Positions 40,085 to 54,928 of a stretch of 64,000 nucleotides of DNA are shown here, piece after piece. How positions within the stretch are numbered: position 1 is the stretch's first letter; each line of letters begins with the position of its first letter. Made by a program: the position numbers and the translations under genes. The notes under the pieces are model-generated. The model was given only the letters and a program-made list of their open reading frames with translations. It did no database searches and had not been told where the DNA came from. This stretch comes from Eledone cirrhosa (lineage: Eukaryota): contig OZ024745.1 of NCBI GenBank assembly GCA_964016885.1, positions 52,080,001-52,144,000 of the forward strand, in the 5' to 3' direction.

Positions 40085-42229
40085 CTAGTATCGTTGCCAC
40101 CCTTGGTTTTAGTCATTGTCTCATTACATAGGTTTCACCAATATCTCAGATATTTACATACATTTCTTCTACTTGTAATGGTTCTGTAATTTGCAGACAT
40201 GCCCTGTAGCTTAAACGAATCTAATTGTTTTGGTATAATTTTGCATTACACTGAACATCGCTCCCAATAAAATTTCGTCTACTGTTGTTAAGAAGTGTTT
40301 GATAGATAATAGTTTAAATTTGCTTTTTCTATTCTATACACTGTACATCGAGCAATGTTATTATTGATTAAGTAACGATAATAATACTAATATTGGTGTT
40401 ATTATACATAGTTGTATTATGGCTGATGAGTATAGTGGGAATCTCGAATATGACAGGTATGTTTTACATTAGAGTTTCTTGTTAATTAAATTGTCATAAT
40501 CGTAATTGGAATTATTATTATCTTATCACGAGCTCTCTTAGCACACCTAAGTACAGCTCTCTCCAGCCCGAGTATATTTTCGTTTCGATTGAAGATACTG
40601 TGTATCATGTTAGCACATGCCCCATTAGTGCTATTTTCTGTATGTTCTATGATTTCCATGTTCATAACTATCGCATGATTTCTCGTTAGCGTTATACAAA
40701 GACTGTCCTCGAATCTTAAAAGAAGGAATTCCAATACTGCACCCGCAGGAGATCAGAAAACCCAAAAGCATTCCGTCCCTAAGTAGAGGAAAGTAAATAT
40801 CAATCACCTGCCTTGCACTACTATGCATACTAACCAGAGCTTCATCATCATCATCCGCAACAGCAAAAAAAGTGCATATCTATTGAGACGGAACTAGCGC
40901 GTGATGGTAAATTTATCAAATGTGTAGAATTCATTAGATGACTAATAATCAAGAACATTCCTCAAGTTCCAGGTTTTAATTATTCAGGAAAATTGGCTTA
41001 TTGTATTCAATACTTCTCGTTCGTGATATGGTATTTTAAAACGGGATATAATTGAGGGTAGGAAAAACAAATATTGCACATGAGGGAGAAAAGGCGATCT
41101 TACAACGAACTGATTCAAAGGAAAATAAAGTTCTACTCTGCGAAAATATTGACTGTTCACAATACCACAATCAAAAACAACATATTGATAGAATCAACAA
41201 CATCAATAACAACAGGAACAACAATCCTAAATTCCACAAAGAATTTTAAAAAAAGCACTCTAACAAATATCACAACTATACAAGGACATAGATCAACGAT
41301 ACACAGGCATACATTTCTGACTCAACAAATAAGGTGTAGGACAAGGATATCAGAGAAAGTTTGAGGAACAGCAGAAAATAAAGGGGTCAGCAACACTGAA
41401 GTGTGATGGAGCTAACAATCAAAGCAACAAATGCCCAAATTTCTAGAAACCCCAAAACCAAATCTCGCAAAATCAATAGAGCGGTGTTAAGCAAAATAAC
41501 TATCCAGCTGTCCAGCCATAACTTCATCAGCGATGGAAATAAAAACAACAACGTCAAACTCTAGAAAGAGAAAATAATCTAATGCAGCAACAAATCCATG
41601 AACAGAGAATAATCACTGTTACAAATAACATATCCCATAATATGAAACATCTAATTAAAACACTTCAGCAACTGCACTGACAGCAACAACAAAACCAAGC
41701 TCATCACCAACAACACCACTACGTCCAATAACAGCTGTAACCAGATAACCATTAACAATACCTACAAAATGATCAGTATGAAATAACTCAACTATTTCTC
41801 TGTTAATCGAAATTATAACAATAATTGTGTCTTCATTCAAACACAATGGGAATAGATGGAGCGAAATAAAACGAATTCAGGTAAAGCAACCAGAATACAA
41901 GCTAAACAAAATTCTGCTCAGACAAACTCAAAGTTTCTCATAATAATGAAAGAGATCTATGAAACAACCCCAACTCAAATCTATTTTAATTGTGTTCGGA
42001 ATGTACTGGAAAAAACACAACTGAACATAACGGTGGATTTCGATGCCTATGAAGTTGGATGTGCGTATTGACACTCTAACATGTATGTGGAAGTTTGCAT
42101 AGACAAATGCGAAAGACATCACCGTGATTGTGTCGAACACCTCGGAAATCAAGGGGATGGTCAATTTCTTGAATCCATATTAAAAGTTGACTAGAGCAGA
42201 TATCAAATTGGTTTGAAGAACGGCACCTG

Positions 42230-42900
42230 GAGAGCCTTATATATGACGTTCAACTGCGTGGTCAAACGCTGGATAGATGGATCGAATAAGTTGCACGGGT
42301 AACTGATGGGACGACGTTGCGAGCGGAGTGACTAGTCTCACCCAGAAATGGGCCGAGAGGAAACTATACATGAATGTTCGGGCAGACGTGTTGAACCTGT
42401 ACATCGCGTCCGTCATTTATTACTGTCTCCTCGTTGAGCCTTTCCCCGTTGTCGACTCATGAAATTAGAGCGCCTGCTTCTCAATATCTCATTGAAGTCA
42501 CAAGTTCCACTAGTGCCAATATACTCTACAAGTAGTGCTGGACATGTCATGAGTGACGATGAGCAAATATGTGCTGAGTTTACGGCATCTCCAGATATTC
42601 CTAAACGTTGAACAGCTGTGGTCACCCTTTGTGAGACAGGTGTTTCTGCATTTCGCCCTGGTGACTGATGTGCAAGTGTGAGTTAAGCGGCGACGGAGAC
42701 TAGACACTTGGGATATGGAATGTTGTCAGACACTCATAGCCCTCTACACGTCATGCAATGCGGACAGTGGACATTTCACCCTAGTGTTCTATAGAGAACT
42801 AGTTTTGGGCATCTGCGACGTTGTTATGAGAAAAACTCTGGGTATCAACGAAATCAAACTAACCAATCTCTTCCGGAATTATTTCAAACCGAAGACTTTA
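42230..42900 (-). promoter_or_regulatory. candidate Pol II promoter
   Basis: TATATAAG on the minus strand at 42236-42243 with an adjacent TGACGT. CRE half-site at 42746-42753 and TTCCGGAA at 42871-42878. The context is CpG-rich and repeat-free. Confidence 0.35.
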
Positions 42901-45148
42901 GCGAACTTCCAGTAACTTAACAGGGTTACCAGTAGTCACTGCCAGTTCGAGACAAATTCCAAAGGGACGTAGTGGTGTTAGACGGACCTGTCCCAGATTC
43001 GTGCAAAATGAGGAAAGCTACTGCATGCACAGTTACATTGCTCGAGCATGGCTAACGTGGAATTTTGTCGAGTAGCAATTATCATGCGTAGGGTGGGTTT
43101 GACTGTCCAGCGATTCCATCTTGATAATAGACCCACCGCTATCTTTAGGCCGGGAGGGGCAGGTAGGTTTTCAGTGCATTGTGTTTGTAGTAAAAGAGGT
43201 TGTATCGTGGCCAATACCACATCAACGTTTTTTATTCATCTTGGAGAGGAAAGTGCATGTGGAGATGGAAGTGCTGCCCTCAGTACGTTTCTTAAAATGT
43301 GGGTGAATGTAACGAGAATGCCCCGAGTTGATGGGACTTTCTAAATAAATAAGATGTTAAGTTTCATGTCAGGAAATGTGCTATTCCTCTTTCCTCACTT
43401 GAACGTGTACTATTGATCAAAGATAACTATTTCCATGACTCCCACCATATTCTGATCATATTTGGTTTGTTAAAATTAATTTTATTCAGCAGTAAGATTT
43501 TGTACGGATATTTAATGCTCTTATTTCAATTTGAATCGGATCTTTATTATTGTGTGATAGAATGTGAGTGATATATCAATTTTGAATTTGCTAACGTATA
43601 ATAGCTTCATGAATTCCTTCTTTGGCATTTGCATAGCTTGTAATAAAGGTATGCATTACAAGTGTTCTTGTATCATTTATCGCTGAAATGGCTGAGAAAT
43701 ATATAATACATATGTACTCTTCGTCGTTGGATTTCAATTGGGTAAAGTTTCTCAGCATTTAATAGCAACATTTTGTATGTCGTTAGACTAAATGGACTGA
43801 CTTTACATCATTATGCATATTTAAGTTTTTCATCAAATTATCATTCACTGAAGATAGATATCTGATGGATTGAAAACTTGATGGATTCATTCTTTTTATT
43901 GGTATGTAAAACAACAAAAACAAAAACAGATTCAATAAAACACCTTCAGGTTATACTCAAGCACAGAACATAATAAAGGTTAATCCAAAAGATCATTCAA
44001 TCACGCATTTAATTTATTTGTCATTTCCATATATGAAACAATTTTGTGACAGTGAAAATGCCCCACGTTTTATTTCACGTATATTCGTATGAACTCGTTC
44101 GCAGTTTAATGTGTTGCTTGGAAAAGTATTTAAATATTATCATACTAATACAGTTATGGTTCTAAAGTAGAAGAACATGAAGCAAGACGAAATTCATAAA
44201 ATGTTAAATGATAGCTCAGGAATGGTTGGAAACGATTTTAATATAGACGTTAAGCACATAGTACAACTTTCCCTAACATGAACTTACCGGATTTAGATCA
44301 TAATATTTTTATCCAACACACAAAATGTTAAGCTTTAATGCTATCTACTATGCCATAATCTAGTATGCAAATAACTCCTTACCATGCAAATACAATATAA
44401 CACGCAATAAAATATTTATTCTCCAAAATGCACTGCAAGCGGGTGGACAAATTGAATATAAATATTTTACTAGCAAAGGTTGAGAAATAATAAATGTTGT
44501 GGTAGTCAGTCGTAAAATCACAGATATTATATTTGCATTGCAGCTACACTTACTAACTTCTTTGAAATGAAAGTTAAAGACAACTGAAATATTTCCGAAC
44601 AAAACTATATACTCACAAACATTATCCATGATTCCAAACTTGCTTAGGCAAAGGTACATTTTATTATTACGAATGGCTTCAGACACTTACGCATATGCTT
44701 GTAAAATGCTAAGTATTCATGAAATTCTTGGTTTATCTGATGCAAGGTTAAAGTAATTATCTGAATTGTGTAATGTATTAATACTATGTAATTGTCCTAA
44801 TGCAAAATAATTACATTATATCATGTCAACAACCTTTCGCTAACAAGACGTTATTCAACCACCGGATATGGTTTAGGACATGTTTCCAATAAGTGTGTAA
44901 AACGTAGAACCATCGAGCATTTCTGAAATACAATACAAGCCAGCCTGATTAGCGCTCTTCTACGAGGCTACGAAGGTGTTGAAAAGTTATTTTCACAATA
45001 TTCGGTTTTCAGTCTCGAAATTTATGTTGATAAATGTTTTCTGTTTGTTAATTGTATACATGCCTACATTCGGCAGAATATTCATTATCAAAAGTCAAAA
45101 TGTAATTTTCTATTACACATACACACACACACCCAAACACACACATAG

Positions 45149-45226
<78 letters not shown>

Positions 45227-46371
45227 TTTCGAACAAGACTTAATGAATATGACCATGAATATTAAATTTACCAAACATAAAAGTAATGAGCTGCAGAGCA
45301 ACATGAAAGCACTACTCCGAAGACTGCAAAATACCAATGGAATTGTGAAAGCTGATAAGACCTCTAACGTGAATATCGATACATACAACAGCTTCATACG
45401 CAAAGAACTACACAAGAAATATAGAAAAACAAGTGAAACTACACTAGCAAACATTAACAACGAGGCATACAAGGTAGTGAAGAATCTCAAAATAGACGAT
45501 AGAACCGAGCCGATTATACCAGCAAGCCCCACCTATAACCTGAAGGACCATAAGGTAAATTTTGATTCTAACCCTAAGATTAGAATTATATGCCCTTCTA
45601 AATGAGACATAGGAATAATTAGCAAACGTATACTTGACAGAGTGATAACTCAATTGAAAAAGAAAATAGAAATTAAATTATGGGACAACACTAGCGAAGC
45701 AATTCGTTGGTTTAATAACGTTAAGAACAAGAATAAGTCTAAGTTTATACAATTTGACATAGACGAATACTACTCTTCAATCTCACCCAGCACTTTACGT
45801 AAGGCCTTATCCTTTGCCAAAGTCAATTCCGACCTAACGGAGACGAAATTAATATTATTCTAGAGGGTAGGAAAACTATTATCAAGTTTGATAACTGCTA
45901 CTGGGAACGTAAGGAGAGACCCACAAACTTCGACATTACCATGGGCTCCAACTTGTCAGCGGAGGTCGCCGATCTTGTGGGAATTTACATAGCCCACATA
46001 CTTCATGGAATATTTAGTAATCTACAGGGGGAATATATAGAGATGACGCGATCTTATTAGTTAATAACTTAAATAACCAAAATCTTGAAAGGCTACGGAA
46101 AAACATTAGAAAATCTTTTAGTGAACTGGGTCTAAAAATAACGTACGAATACAATCTTAAAGTAGTAAATTTTCTAGACGTAACTCTTAATTTAAATACT
46201 GGACTGATACGACCCTTCCACAAGATAAATGAGAACCTTACCTATATCAATTTTAACTCAAACCACCCACTTTCCATGATCAAATCGGTTCCTCGTAGTA
46301 TTTCTATTAGAATCTCTCGCCTATCGTCTGACTCTGAGATTTTCAGTGAACATGCTGAATACTATAATAAT

Positions 46372-46493
46372 TGTTTCTACTTTTGACACCGGGCCAGCAA
46401 TTATCCCAGTGCATTACTGGTACTTTATTTTATCGACCCCGTAAGGATGAAAGTCAAAGTTAACCTCGGCGGGATTTGAACTCAGAATGGCAA
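46372..46493 (-). mobile_element. Nin-like SINE inserted into the Penelope ORF with a 15-bp TSD
   Basis: GAATACTATAATAAT at 46357-46371 and 46494-46508. Confidence 0.9.
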
Positions 46494-48007
46494 GAATACT
46501 ATAATAATGCATTAAGGAATGCCGACCACCGGGATACAATAGAATACATTGATAAGAATCTCCATAACACACATAGCTCTACACGAAATCAAAGAATACG
46601 CAACCGGGGTACAGAAATACAAGACCACCGCTCGCAGTACCACCAGACATACTAATAATAGAAAATAATCACCAAATAAATTATGTTGTAGAAAGTATAT
46701 CTGGTATAATCCCATTTGTAATGCTTTGATTAGTACAACACTATCTCTTTCATTCTTTAAGTTAATCAACAAGCATTTCCCTAGTTCCCATTAATACAGT
46801 AACATTCTGAACTCTAAGAATATTAAGCTATGATATTCCACTGCAGCAAACCTTGAAGCATACATAAAAAACTTAACTTAAAGCAATTAAACAAATCTAC
46901 AAAACAAACTATTTTAATAAAAGATGAGCATAACGTAGTAAAGGCCTCCCAACCACTAAATGGGAGACGGGTATTACACAACCCACCTGTACTGTTATCC
47001 CAACCTATCCATGGTATACCTGCTACCCACAATAAAAACTGTAACTACCACCTACCTGAAAGATGTCCATTGAAGAATAAATGCCTAAAGTCCAACATTG
47101 TTTATCAAAACACTGTTAAATCGAACGACCAGAAATGGTATTACATCGGGTCTACCACTGCCTCCTTTAAATCTCGCTGATATCGTCATCGATTCTCAAT
47201 TAAACATTCTAATCACCGTTTTGTGACCACGCTCGCCAACAAGACCTGGCAACTCCGTGAACGCAACCAACAGTTCACCTTGAAATGGGATATACTTTCC
47301 AGCGTTAGTGCATATCGGAGTGGATTGAAGTACTGCAGATTATGTAAACTTGAACTCTTTTACATCTTAAAATCCCAAAATAAATTACTAAATGACAGAA
47401 TCGAACGATCATTATACTGCAACCATAAACTATAAAATAATTCAACATTCGAACCCGTAACTATAACATTGCTTTCTCGCTAACTACTTTCTCTCAATAA
47501 CAACTTCTTGACTATATCCCCCACACTACAAGACAATACCCTGCCTATCACTATAAATGGATACTTAAGTGCAATTTGTAGCCTACAACTATGAACTCAA
47601 TATACACCCATCCCATAGCTTTCGTCTGTCCCCTCTCTATATCTACCTCTTCCTCTCTCTCCATTCCCTTCTCTCTCTCTCTCTCTATCTATCTATCGCC
47701 CTCGTCCACCTCTATCCCTCTCCACATCTATGAACCTGGCAACTGTGGCGATAAATAATTCCAACCTTAACTATCAACGCATCGCTTAAGGTTGTCGCTT
47801 TGAGTGTAACCAGCATAATAAAATCCCCACCACAACATTTTTATTAAGATATCTGCATTCTACAAACCACTCTCTCTCATTTCTCCAACCTCTGCATCTA
47901 TCTCTCTCTCTCTCTCTACCTCTTCTATTCTTTCTCTCTTCCTTTTATACTCTATCATCCCCAATAACTTCCCGTAAGGGTATTTACATTTTACATTTTA
48001 ACCATTC

Positions 48008-48119
48008 TGCTCTGAGGATACAGTGGTCACAGCATTTGATAATTGAGTTTTGCAAATAGTTATAAATTTACACATAACATAACTAGGGTGAATAACCACC
48101 GTGGAAACATTTGTAAGCA
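48008..48119 (+). ncRNA. hammerhead with extended stem II at the Penelope 3' end
   Basis: TGCT-CTGAGGA-TACAGTGGT...ACCACCGTG-GAAA-CA tt TG-TA-AGCA. Confidence 0.72.
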
Positions 48120-48304
48120 CACATAATAAATTACCTTTTTATGATGCCTACCTGTTATTATTCATTCTTTATCTGCACTCCGGAATACAGAAGGATCAGG
48201 AACTGAGTTTCTTCAACTATTCTTCCATAACTCGTTGAGTAACCTCTCACCGTACGTCAACTCTCTCCAGTGTAGTAATTAACCATTACTGCATCCAGGA
48301 TAAT

Positions 48305-48356
<52 letters not shown>

Positions 48357-48774
48357 GCTCAAAATTAAAGTATGCCATTCCACTTCAAAGTAATATGATA
48401 TAAGATAAGGAACCGCTATTCTAAGGAGGCTATATGTTGAGTTATCTATCAATAAGATCATTGGAACAAATATATGAGGACAGACAAGTTTCTATCAATA
48501 TATATAACGTGTACTTGCCTCGACAAAGGTTGAAATCAGATGCACCATAAAACCTCGTGTCCACGTTATAAGTGAATATTCTCTACAGATGATTTTCATA
48601 ATGAGTGTTCCATTTTAAAGTTATAACAGGCGTCTTAGCTCAAACAAATTTTCTTTTACAATGGAGTACCATAATTATAATCGTTTTATCTTCCTAATCC
48701 AGAAATATTTGAAATTCATCGAAAAGCGTTAAATAGGGTTTGAAACGAATCACGTTTATACGGCTGATATATCT

Positions 48775-49095
48775 AAGGGAACGTAGTATATAGTATAAGA
48801 TGTACTGAGGAACAGTGTAGGAATAAGAACTCTAATTGCATAGGTGAGACAGCCTGGAGAATAAGAGAAAAGATAAAGGAACACTGGCTAGAACGTGCCA
48901 AAAGAGAACATGGGGGCACACTAGAGAACATAGAGGTAACAATTATATCCACACATAGATAAGACGCAATGATCCGACAAATTGCAGAAACGGCACACAT
49001 AAACGAAGTCAAACAAAATTTAATCCGAAAACATGAGTGGAATAGCAACAACATCACAACTAATAATTAAGGACACGATGAAGACACACACATAC
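48775..49095 (+). mobile_element. Penelope GIY-YIG 3' fragment related to the 20-26 kb and 5.4 kb elements
   Basis: NVVYSIRCTEEQC..CIGETAWRI...IRQIAET..RKHEWN. Confidence 0.85.
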
Positions 49096-49130
<35 letters not shown>

Positions 49131-49312
49131 ATACAATAACAGAGATAGTTCAAAGCTAAACTCCGACTGGTAACCATCTCACTCAACAAACATTAGGTTA
49201 TATTTAAATATAAACCCAATTTAAGTGTTTGGGGTGCTAACAATATGTATAATGTGGAAAAACCAGTTGTATTATTTTATGAGATATAATTAAAGTTAAA
49301 TTATATCTCTCT

Positions 49313-49437
49313 TTCCAAACAATTGTTTCATTATAAGTTTTCTACAATTTGGGAGAATGTTTCCAGTTTATGTAGAAGCCTAATATATATTCATGTAAGA
49401 ATATATTTAGGTGGGCACTTATAAATCATCAGTGGAA
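49313..49437 (-). ncRNA. hammerhead with long stem II insertion
   Basis: TTCCA-CTGATGA-TTTATAAG...CTTATAAT-GAAA-CAATTG-TT-TGGAA. Confidence 0.78.
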
Positions 49438-50482
49438 GCCCATTAAATTTTGATATAAGAAAATAATTTCTTACCGCTGTCAAAAATCGTGTCCGTAAAG
49501 TTGCTCTCTCTCGCCTCGAATGACCGCCAAATTTGAAATTCCAGCAGTTTTTGACTGAGGAAGTATCATAGCGACACGAAGCGGGAAGGGGAGACAATCC
49601 ACAATCCACGAAATGAGGAAAAAAAATAATATACACGCGGGCTAATTAGTTTTTTTGAAAACATTATCAATCCAACGTGTTAAAGAACTCAATTGAAAAT
49701 AAAAAAATAAATATATGCTTGTATAAATTACACACGCACATAGATATTTTCTTAGGCTAAATCAGAAGTTGTACCCGAATAAGAACCGCTTCTCATAACC
49801 GCAGTAAATGCAGAGAGTTATGCTATAAAGGGCAAATGGAAATATAATTCTCCGGCCGAATTAAGAGTAAAATATAAAACACACGCGGGTTGATTAGTTA
49901 TTTCAAAACCAATACTAATTCCTCGTGTAAAGAACTCAATTAATAAAAGAAAATAAATGTATGCATGTAATTATATACGTAGGCATATATATATTTTCTT
50001 AGGCTAAAAAACAGAGAAGTTACAACCAAAAAAGCCACAACATATCACAACAGTAATAAATACGGAAAGTCAAATTCATAAGGTACCTGGAAATAAACAC
50101 CTCTGGCCAATCAAGAGTAAATATTTAATACAATAACATATATATATATAACAGATTAAATATTTAATACAATAACATATATATATAACAGATTAAAGTT
50201 TAAGCAAATAATCGCTGCTTTCACCCTTAATAGGATCTTCTGAAATAATAAAAATACAATATGTGAACGCAGAAGTAAATATTTCGAAGAGCGTTGCAAC
50301 CGAAGGAAGACAGGAAGACAGGAAGACGATACTATGGTTCGTTAAGGGTGAAAGCAGCGATTCTTTGCTTAAACTTTAATCTGTTATTTTAATTAATACT
50401 TGCTCTACGGTTCTTATATATTTGATATATATTTATCCTTATCGAGCCCTCTAGCGATTTTAGTCTTCAAATTTATTATTAT

Positions 50483-50533
<51 letters not shown>

Positions 50534-50727
50534 TAACAACAAGTTATCGCTCCACATGGCTGAATACGATAAATGTCATTTGAGTTTTTCGAATATTAAT
50601 AATAATATTCGATTCGTTTGCAATGTGGTGCAAACAGCCTCTTTTATAAGACATGTCAGTAGAATGAGCCTCTCATTATACTATTATTATCAATATTCGA
50701 AAAACTCAGATTACAATTATATTTATA

Positions 50728-51221
50728 CTAGCAGAAAAACCACCTTTCGGGTGGTTTTCTGCTAGCATGTGAAGTATGCATATTGATATTATATGCATGC
50801 AGATACGATATGTCAAATAAAATCGTAATTGAGAACATGCACAGAAATTGAAGAGAGACAGTTACAGTGTCTTCTGTAATCGACGAAGTAATGCATGATA
50901 CATTTAAAACATACGTTATTATATATAAAATGCATTACGGTGCAATTTTATAAACGAAAAGGGAGAACATTAGCGATGTGATATAGCGTCCATTATATCA
51001 TAACTGGAAGAAATGACATTTGAAGATTTTAAAAAAGTCAATCTTGAAATAACAATCCTTATATATAAAATTATTTATATTTAATCAAGAATTACGAAAT
51101 TTAGTACATAAATTATGTAATATTTATTCATTATTTATTCAAAGCAATCCAACTTATTTTACAAACGGGGTAAAAAAATATAGTCAGGATGCACTCCCGC
51201 ACTCACCCCTTTATTATATCA

Positions 51222-51226
<5 letters not shown>
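50728..51226 (-). mobile_element. non-autonomous Helitron family B
   Basis: The minus strand begins A|TCATGATATAATAAAG and ends in the hairpin CCACCC-GAAA-GGTGG..CTGCTAG|T. Confidence 0.6.
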
Positions 51227-51320
<94 letters not shown>

Positions 51321-51536
51321 TGTGTGTGTGTGTGCTCATAACTATAACGTGGTATATACTTATGTTTGCATTTTAGTAATATTTTAGGTATATACTAGCA
51401 GAATGGCCCGGCCATGCCTGGGATTTGCTCTAGGGTTCTTATATATTTGATATATATTTATCCTTATCAACCCTCGTGAAATAATACGTTTGTTTATATT
51501 TTGTTATTGTGTATGCAAAAATAGCTGTATACGAAT

Positions 51537-51593
<57 letters not shown>

Positions 51594-51595
<2 letters not shown>

Positions 51596-51946
51596 CGGCG
51601 ATAAATTAGTTTTGCGAGGTTTTTGATATGAAATCGTGTGTCGAAACAGATATTGTTATACTTGGGGAGGGTCATATTTGTGTAATAATATTGCCAGAAT
51701 TAATAACAGAACACACTCACTGTTTGGTTGGTTTTCGCTTTTGTGTCTTTTATAACGGTTAATTTAATTTATTCGGTCCTAAATGTTATCATTGACTGAC
51801 CAACGGTCAAAAATACAGATATAAATAAACACATATATATAGTCTAACAAAGTTCTTTCGAAAAGAAGGCGTAGGCATACAATACAACAGGAGGAAACAT
51901 AATCGCACCACTGACGATGTTGCAGATGTGCAACGAAATAACTTTA
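51594..51946. mobile_element. solo Penelope pLTR with internal inversion at the HHR
   Basis: 51594-51860 is in minus orientation and 51865-51946 in plus orientation, including the HHR. Confidence 0.85.
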
Positions 51947-52138
51947 TATATATAATAGTACAGAAAAGTACCGAATACCTTGGCCGCGGGATGGTGTCTA
52001 CATTTTGTGCCTATAAAAAAATCGTCAGATTTTTTTCCGTGCGAAGAAAATAAATACTTAAACGCGAAATGAATACTTTTGTTTATATTTTGTTGTTATG
52101 TATGCAGAAATATCTGAACACGATTATATAATTATATA

Positions 52139-54340
52139 TCTTTATATATATAAAAGCGAGGATGCGTGTGTGTGTGTGTACAATTTTGCATGCTTAAGGC
52201 TTTCACATTTACCAACTGAATTTGACCAAATTTTCTGTGCACGTCGCACAGGTCGCTAAGATTTTCACATCGCAGACATTTTTCAAATCGGACCACGTTG
52301 AGCAATAAAAAATCGATATCAAAATTATCGGTATAAAAATTGATGTAAGGGGGATAACACACTTTATTGACAATCCTTATAAAAAAGCAAGATAACCAAC
52401 TTTCCAGAAATATAAATATCATATTCATTGGAAGATTAATCACTAATATTATCGTTTGTTTCTTGTTTATTCTTTGTTGCACTTTCAAAGTTAAAAAAAT
52501 ACTTGTTGTTTTAACTTGTTTCACTATTTTAAGTGTTAATTTTCGCGTTAAGGGCATAATCTCGCAGCAGTCTCGAATTGACGAGATTTTATGATGGTTT
52601 GTTTATTTTTAGAACAATCGTTATGCCTTGTGGATGACATATAGGGATGAACTAACAGACGACTACAGACACCAAGCACAATTGCTTCTTCCAGAAATAG
52701 AGGTCGGCCTTAGTAATGAATTATACTTCAGAGCTCTCATTGATATTGAGGACAAGTTATCTCTGATTGGAGGAAAGGTTTTACGTTACTACGGTTTACC
52801 AGAAACTCATCGCACAGACGCAAACAAACTTCCCACAGATATCATACATCAATGGCGCAAAAAGGTGCTCTTGAGGCACTAGACTGATCTTTGCAAGACA
52901 TACTGGATTGCAGTGATGTTGTATGGGGGTGGGATCACCCTTTTGCTATCAGGAGTCTTCGAACAGACTCTTCCTATAATACCGAAAGGAACAGGAGCAG
53001 ATGCGGCAAATGCATGTCTTAAGACTTCACCATTGTGGCGACAAGTGACATCATTAAAACTAACTACCAACATGCGTGGAAGGTTGCAGGGCGACCCTCT
53101 GTCATCAACATTTTCTGGAGACATTCTTACAATAGGAGACGGTAACCTACCTCCGGATACAGATGGACACATAGCAATTGATCACATATGCAATGTAGTT
53201 GAAACTGTCGATGATCTCAAGGCGAGTGTATTCCCGAACTTGCGTGACAACTATACGAATCTTGATTGGCTATGCGAAAATATCCAAAAATATTAACGAT
53301 CAGCTTCTTCAGCTTCTTCCTGGATGTCCACGGATATATAAATCTATTGATACTGTATGAGATCCACAGGATGCGGTCAATTATCCAGTTGAATTTCTAA
53401 ATTCTTTAAATCCTCCTGGTTTACGTCCTAATACATTGGTTCTGAAAGAGGGAACACCAGTTATTTTGCTAAGAAATATCACTCCTCCAAAACAATGCAA
53501 TGGTATACGCCTTGTGGTTAAAAAACTGTCTCCACTTAGTATTGACGCTACCATTCAATCCGGATGTGGAAAAGGCGAGGATGTGATAATAACAAAAATT
53601 AGCCTGACTACATCAGGCGTGCATACTCCCTTCTCCTTTCGCCGAACCCAATTTTCCTTTCGTGTTGCCTTTGCGATGTCCATAAACAAGTCGCAAGGTC
53701 AAACTCTGTCCGTCGCTGGAATTCACTTGGATGAACCTTGCTTTTCGCACGGACAATTCTTCGTTGTCTGCTCACGAGTTGGCAGTCGAGCTAATCTCTT
53801 TGCGTTTGCTCCGAAAAGAAAAACAAAGAATATAGCGTCTATACTGAAGTGCTTTAGTGTTAACAAAGAAACTTATTACAGCTCTGCCATGACTTTAGCT
53901 TACGCATTACAAAACATACCAATGAATATGTCATGCAGGATATTTTGGATTATATGTTTAAAATTTAACCATACACAGCAAAGGATGCTCTCAAATAATA
54001 GATTTTCTCTTATTCTACTCTCATTGTTTTTTTGTTTGTATACAACTCTGCTTTCATTACAATTTGTTGTACTTTAGCAAAACTGCCTGTTTTTTTTTAC
54101 AGATTTGCAACGTATATTGTCTTTAATCATTTGTATAACTACATTCTGTTCACTCTTTACCTTCATTATCAGCATAGTTTTATGTGTACAAAGATTGCAC
54201 TAAATATTCGTTTGCATTAATTATTGAAGACTTCTGCTTATTTTGACAGGTTGGGGACACATAATGTTCTTCTTTTACTTCCTAGCTGTATATTGTTAGA
54301 ATAATTTCAAACCCCGAGCAACGCCGGGTAAATCTGCTAG
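52139..54340 (+). mobile_element. internally deleted Helitron with PIF1-like helicase remnant
   Basis: A|TC 5' end and hairpin CCCG..CGGG plus CTAG|T 3' end. Translates to GG..LLSG.F.QTLPIIP, L+LTTNMR, VILLRN....CNGIRL, FRRTQF..RVAFAMSINKSQGQTL and FSHGQ..V.CSRV. No Rep domain is seen. Confidence 0.93.
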
Positions 54341-54464
54341 TATATCTATATATAAAATATAGAGGTTTACATATACATAAACTAAACAGAGCCATAGATA
54401 TATAGATATATATGTTTTTGGCAACCAATCACGGCGTGGCTCAATGACGAATTAATTAATTAAA

Positions 54465-54552
54465 TAATTGTTTCTACTTTAGGCACAAGGCCACCAATTA
54501 TCCCGTGCATTTCTGGTACTTTATTTTATCGACCCCTTAAGGATGAAAGGCA
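54465..54552 (-). mobile_element. Nin-like SINE 3' fragment
   Basis: Family match. Confidence 0.75.
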
Positions 54553-54887
54553 GAGTCATAATGAACAACCAGAGCAATATATAAGAAAGTAAGTCCATAG
54601 AAACATTTGATATAATATATACAGTATTTCTTCTCCCTATCAGCATAATCAACCACATAAAAAACCAATTAAACGAGGCTATAAGTTTGAAATGCACCTT
54701 TGAAGGAACAAGAGATAAATAAATAATAGCTATTTTATACGCGAGCCACCGCCACAGAAAATTTACCTAGTATTTCTAATAGCCCGTAGCAATTGTCTAG
54801 ATATATAGTTAACCATACACAATTAGGTGCAAAATCAAAGTTATAAGAAAAAATGTACAAAAACATACCACAATTCTTAGTCATATT

Positions 54888-54924
<37 letters not shown>

Positions 54925-54928
<4 letters not shown>

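Larger units (their letters stand above)
45223..48308 (+). mobile_element. decayed Penelope-like element (third lineage): RT, GIY-YIG, 3' HHR
   Basis: VKADKTSN, LKDHK..NPKIRIICPSK, FIQFDIDEYYSSI, GIYRDD, VNFLDVTLNL, SNHP, CPLKNKCLKSNIVY..YYIGST and CRLCKLE. Confidence 0.92.

Noticed and set aside
40690-40786. Possible plus-strand terminal exon (TTAG|..VIQRLSSNLKRRNS..PK*)
   Set aside because: Short, with no homology recognised and no partner exons.
42498-42522. Minus-strand ATTGGCACTAGTGGAACTTGTG resembling the miR-96/182 family
   Set aside because: No complementary arm on either side to form a pre-miRNA hairpin.
42413-43344. Short ORFs in the GC-richer island
   Set aside because: No recognisable domain or consistent frame.
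43840-43890. CTGAAGA...GAAA, and similar motifs at ~3097, ~40423 and ~55104
   Set aside because: Stems or core are incomplete, so these could be chance matches.
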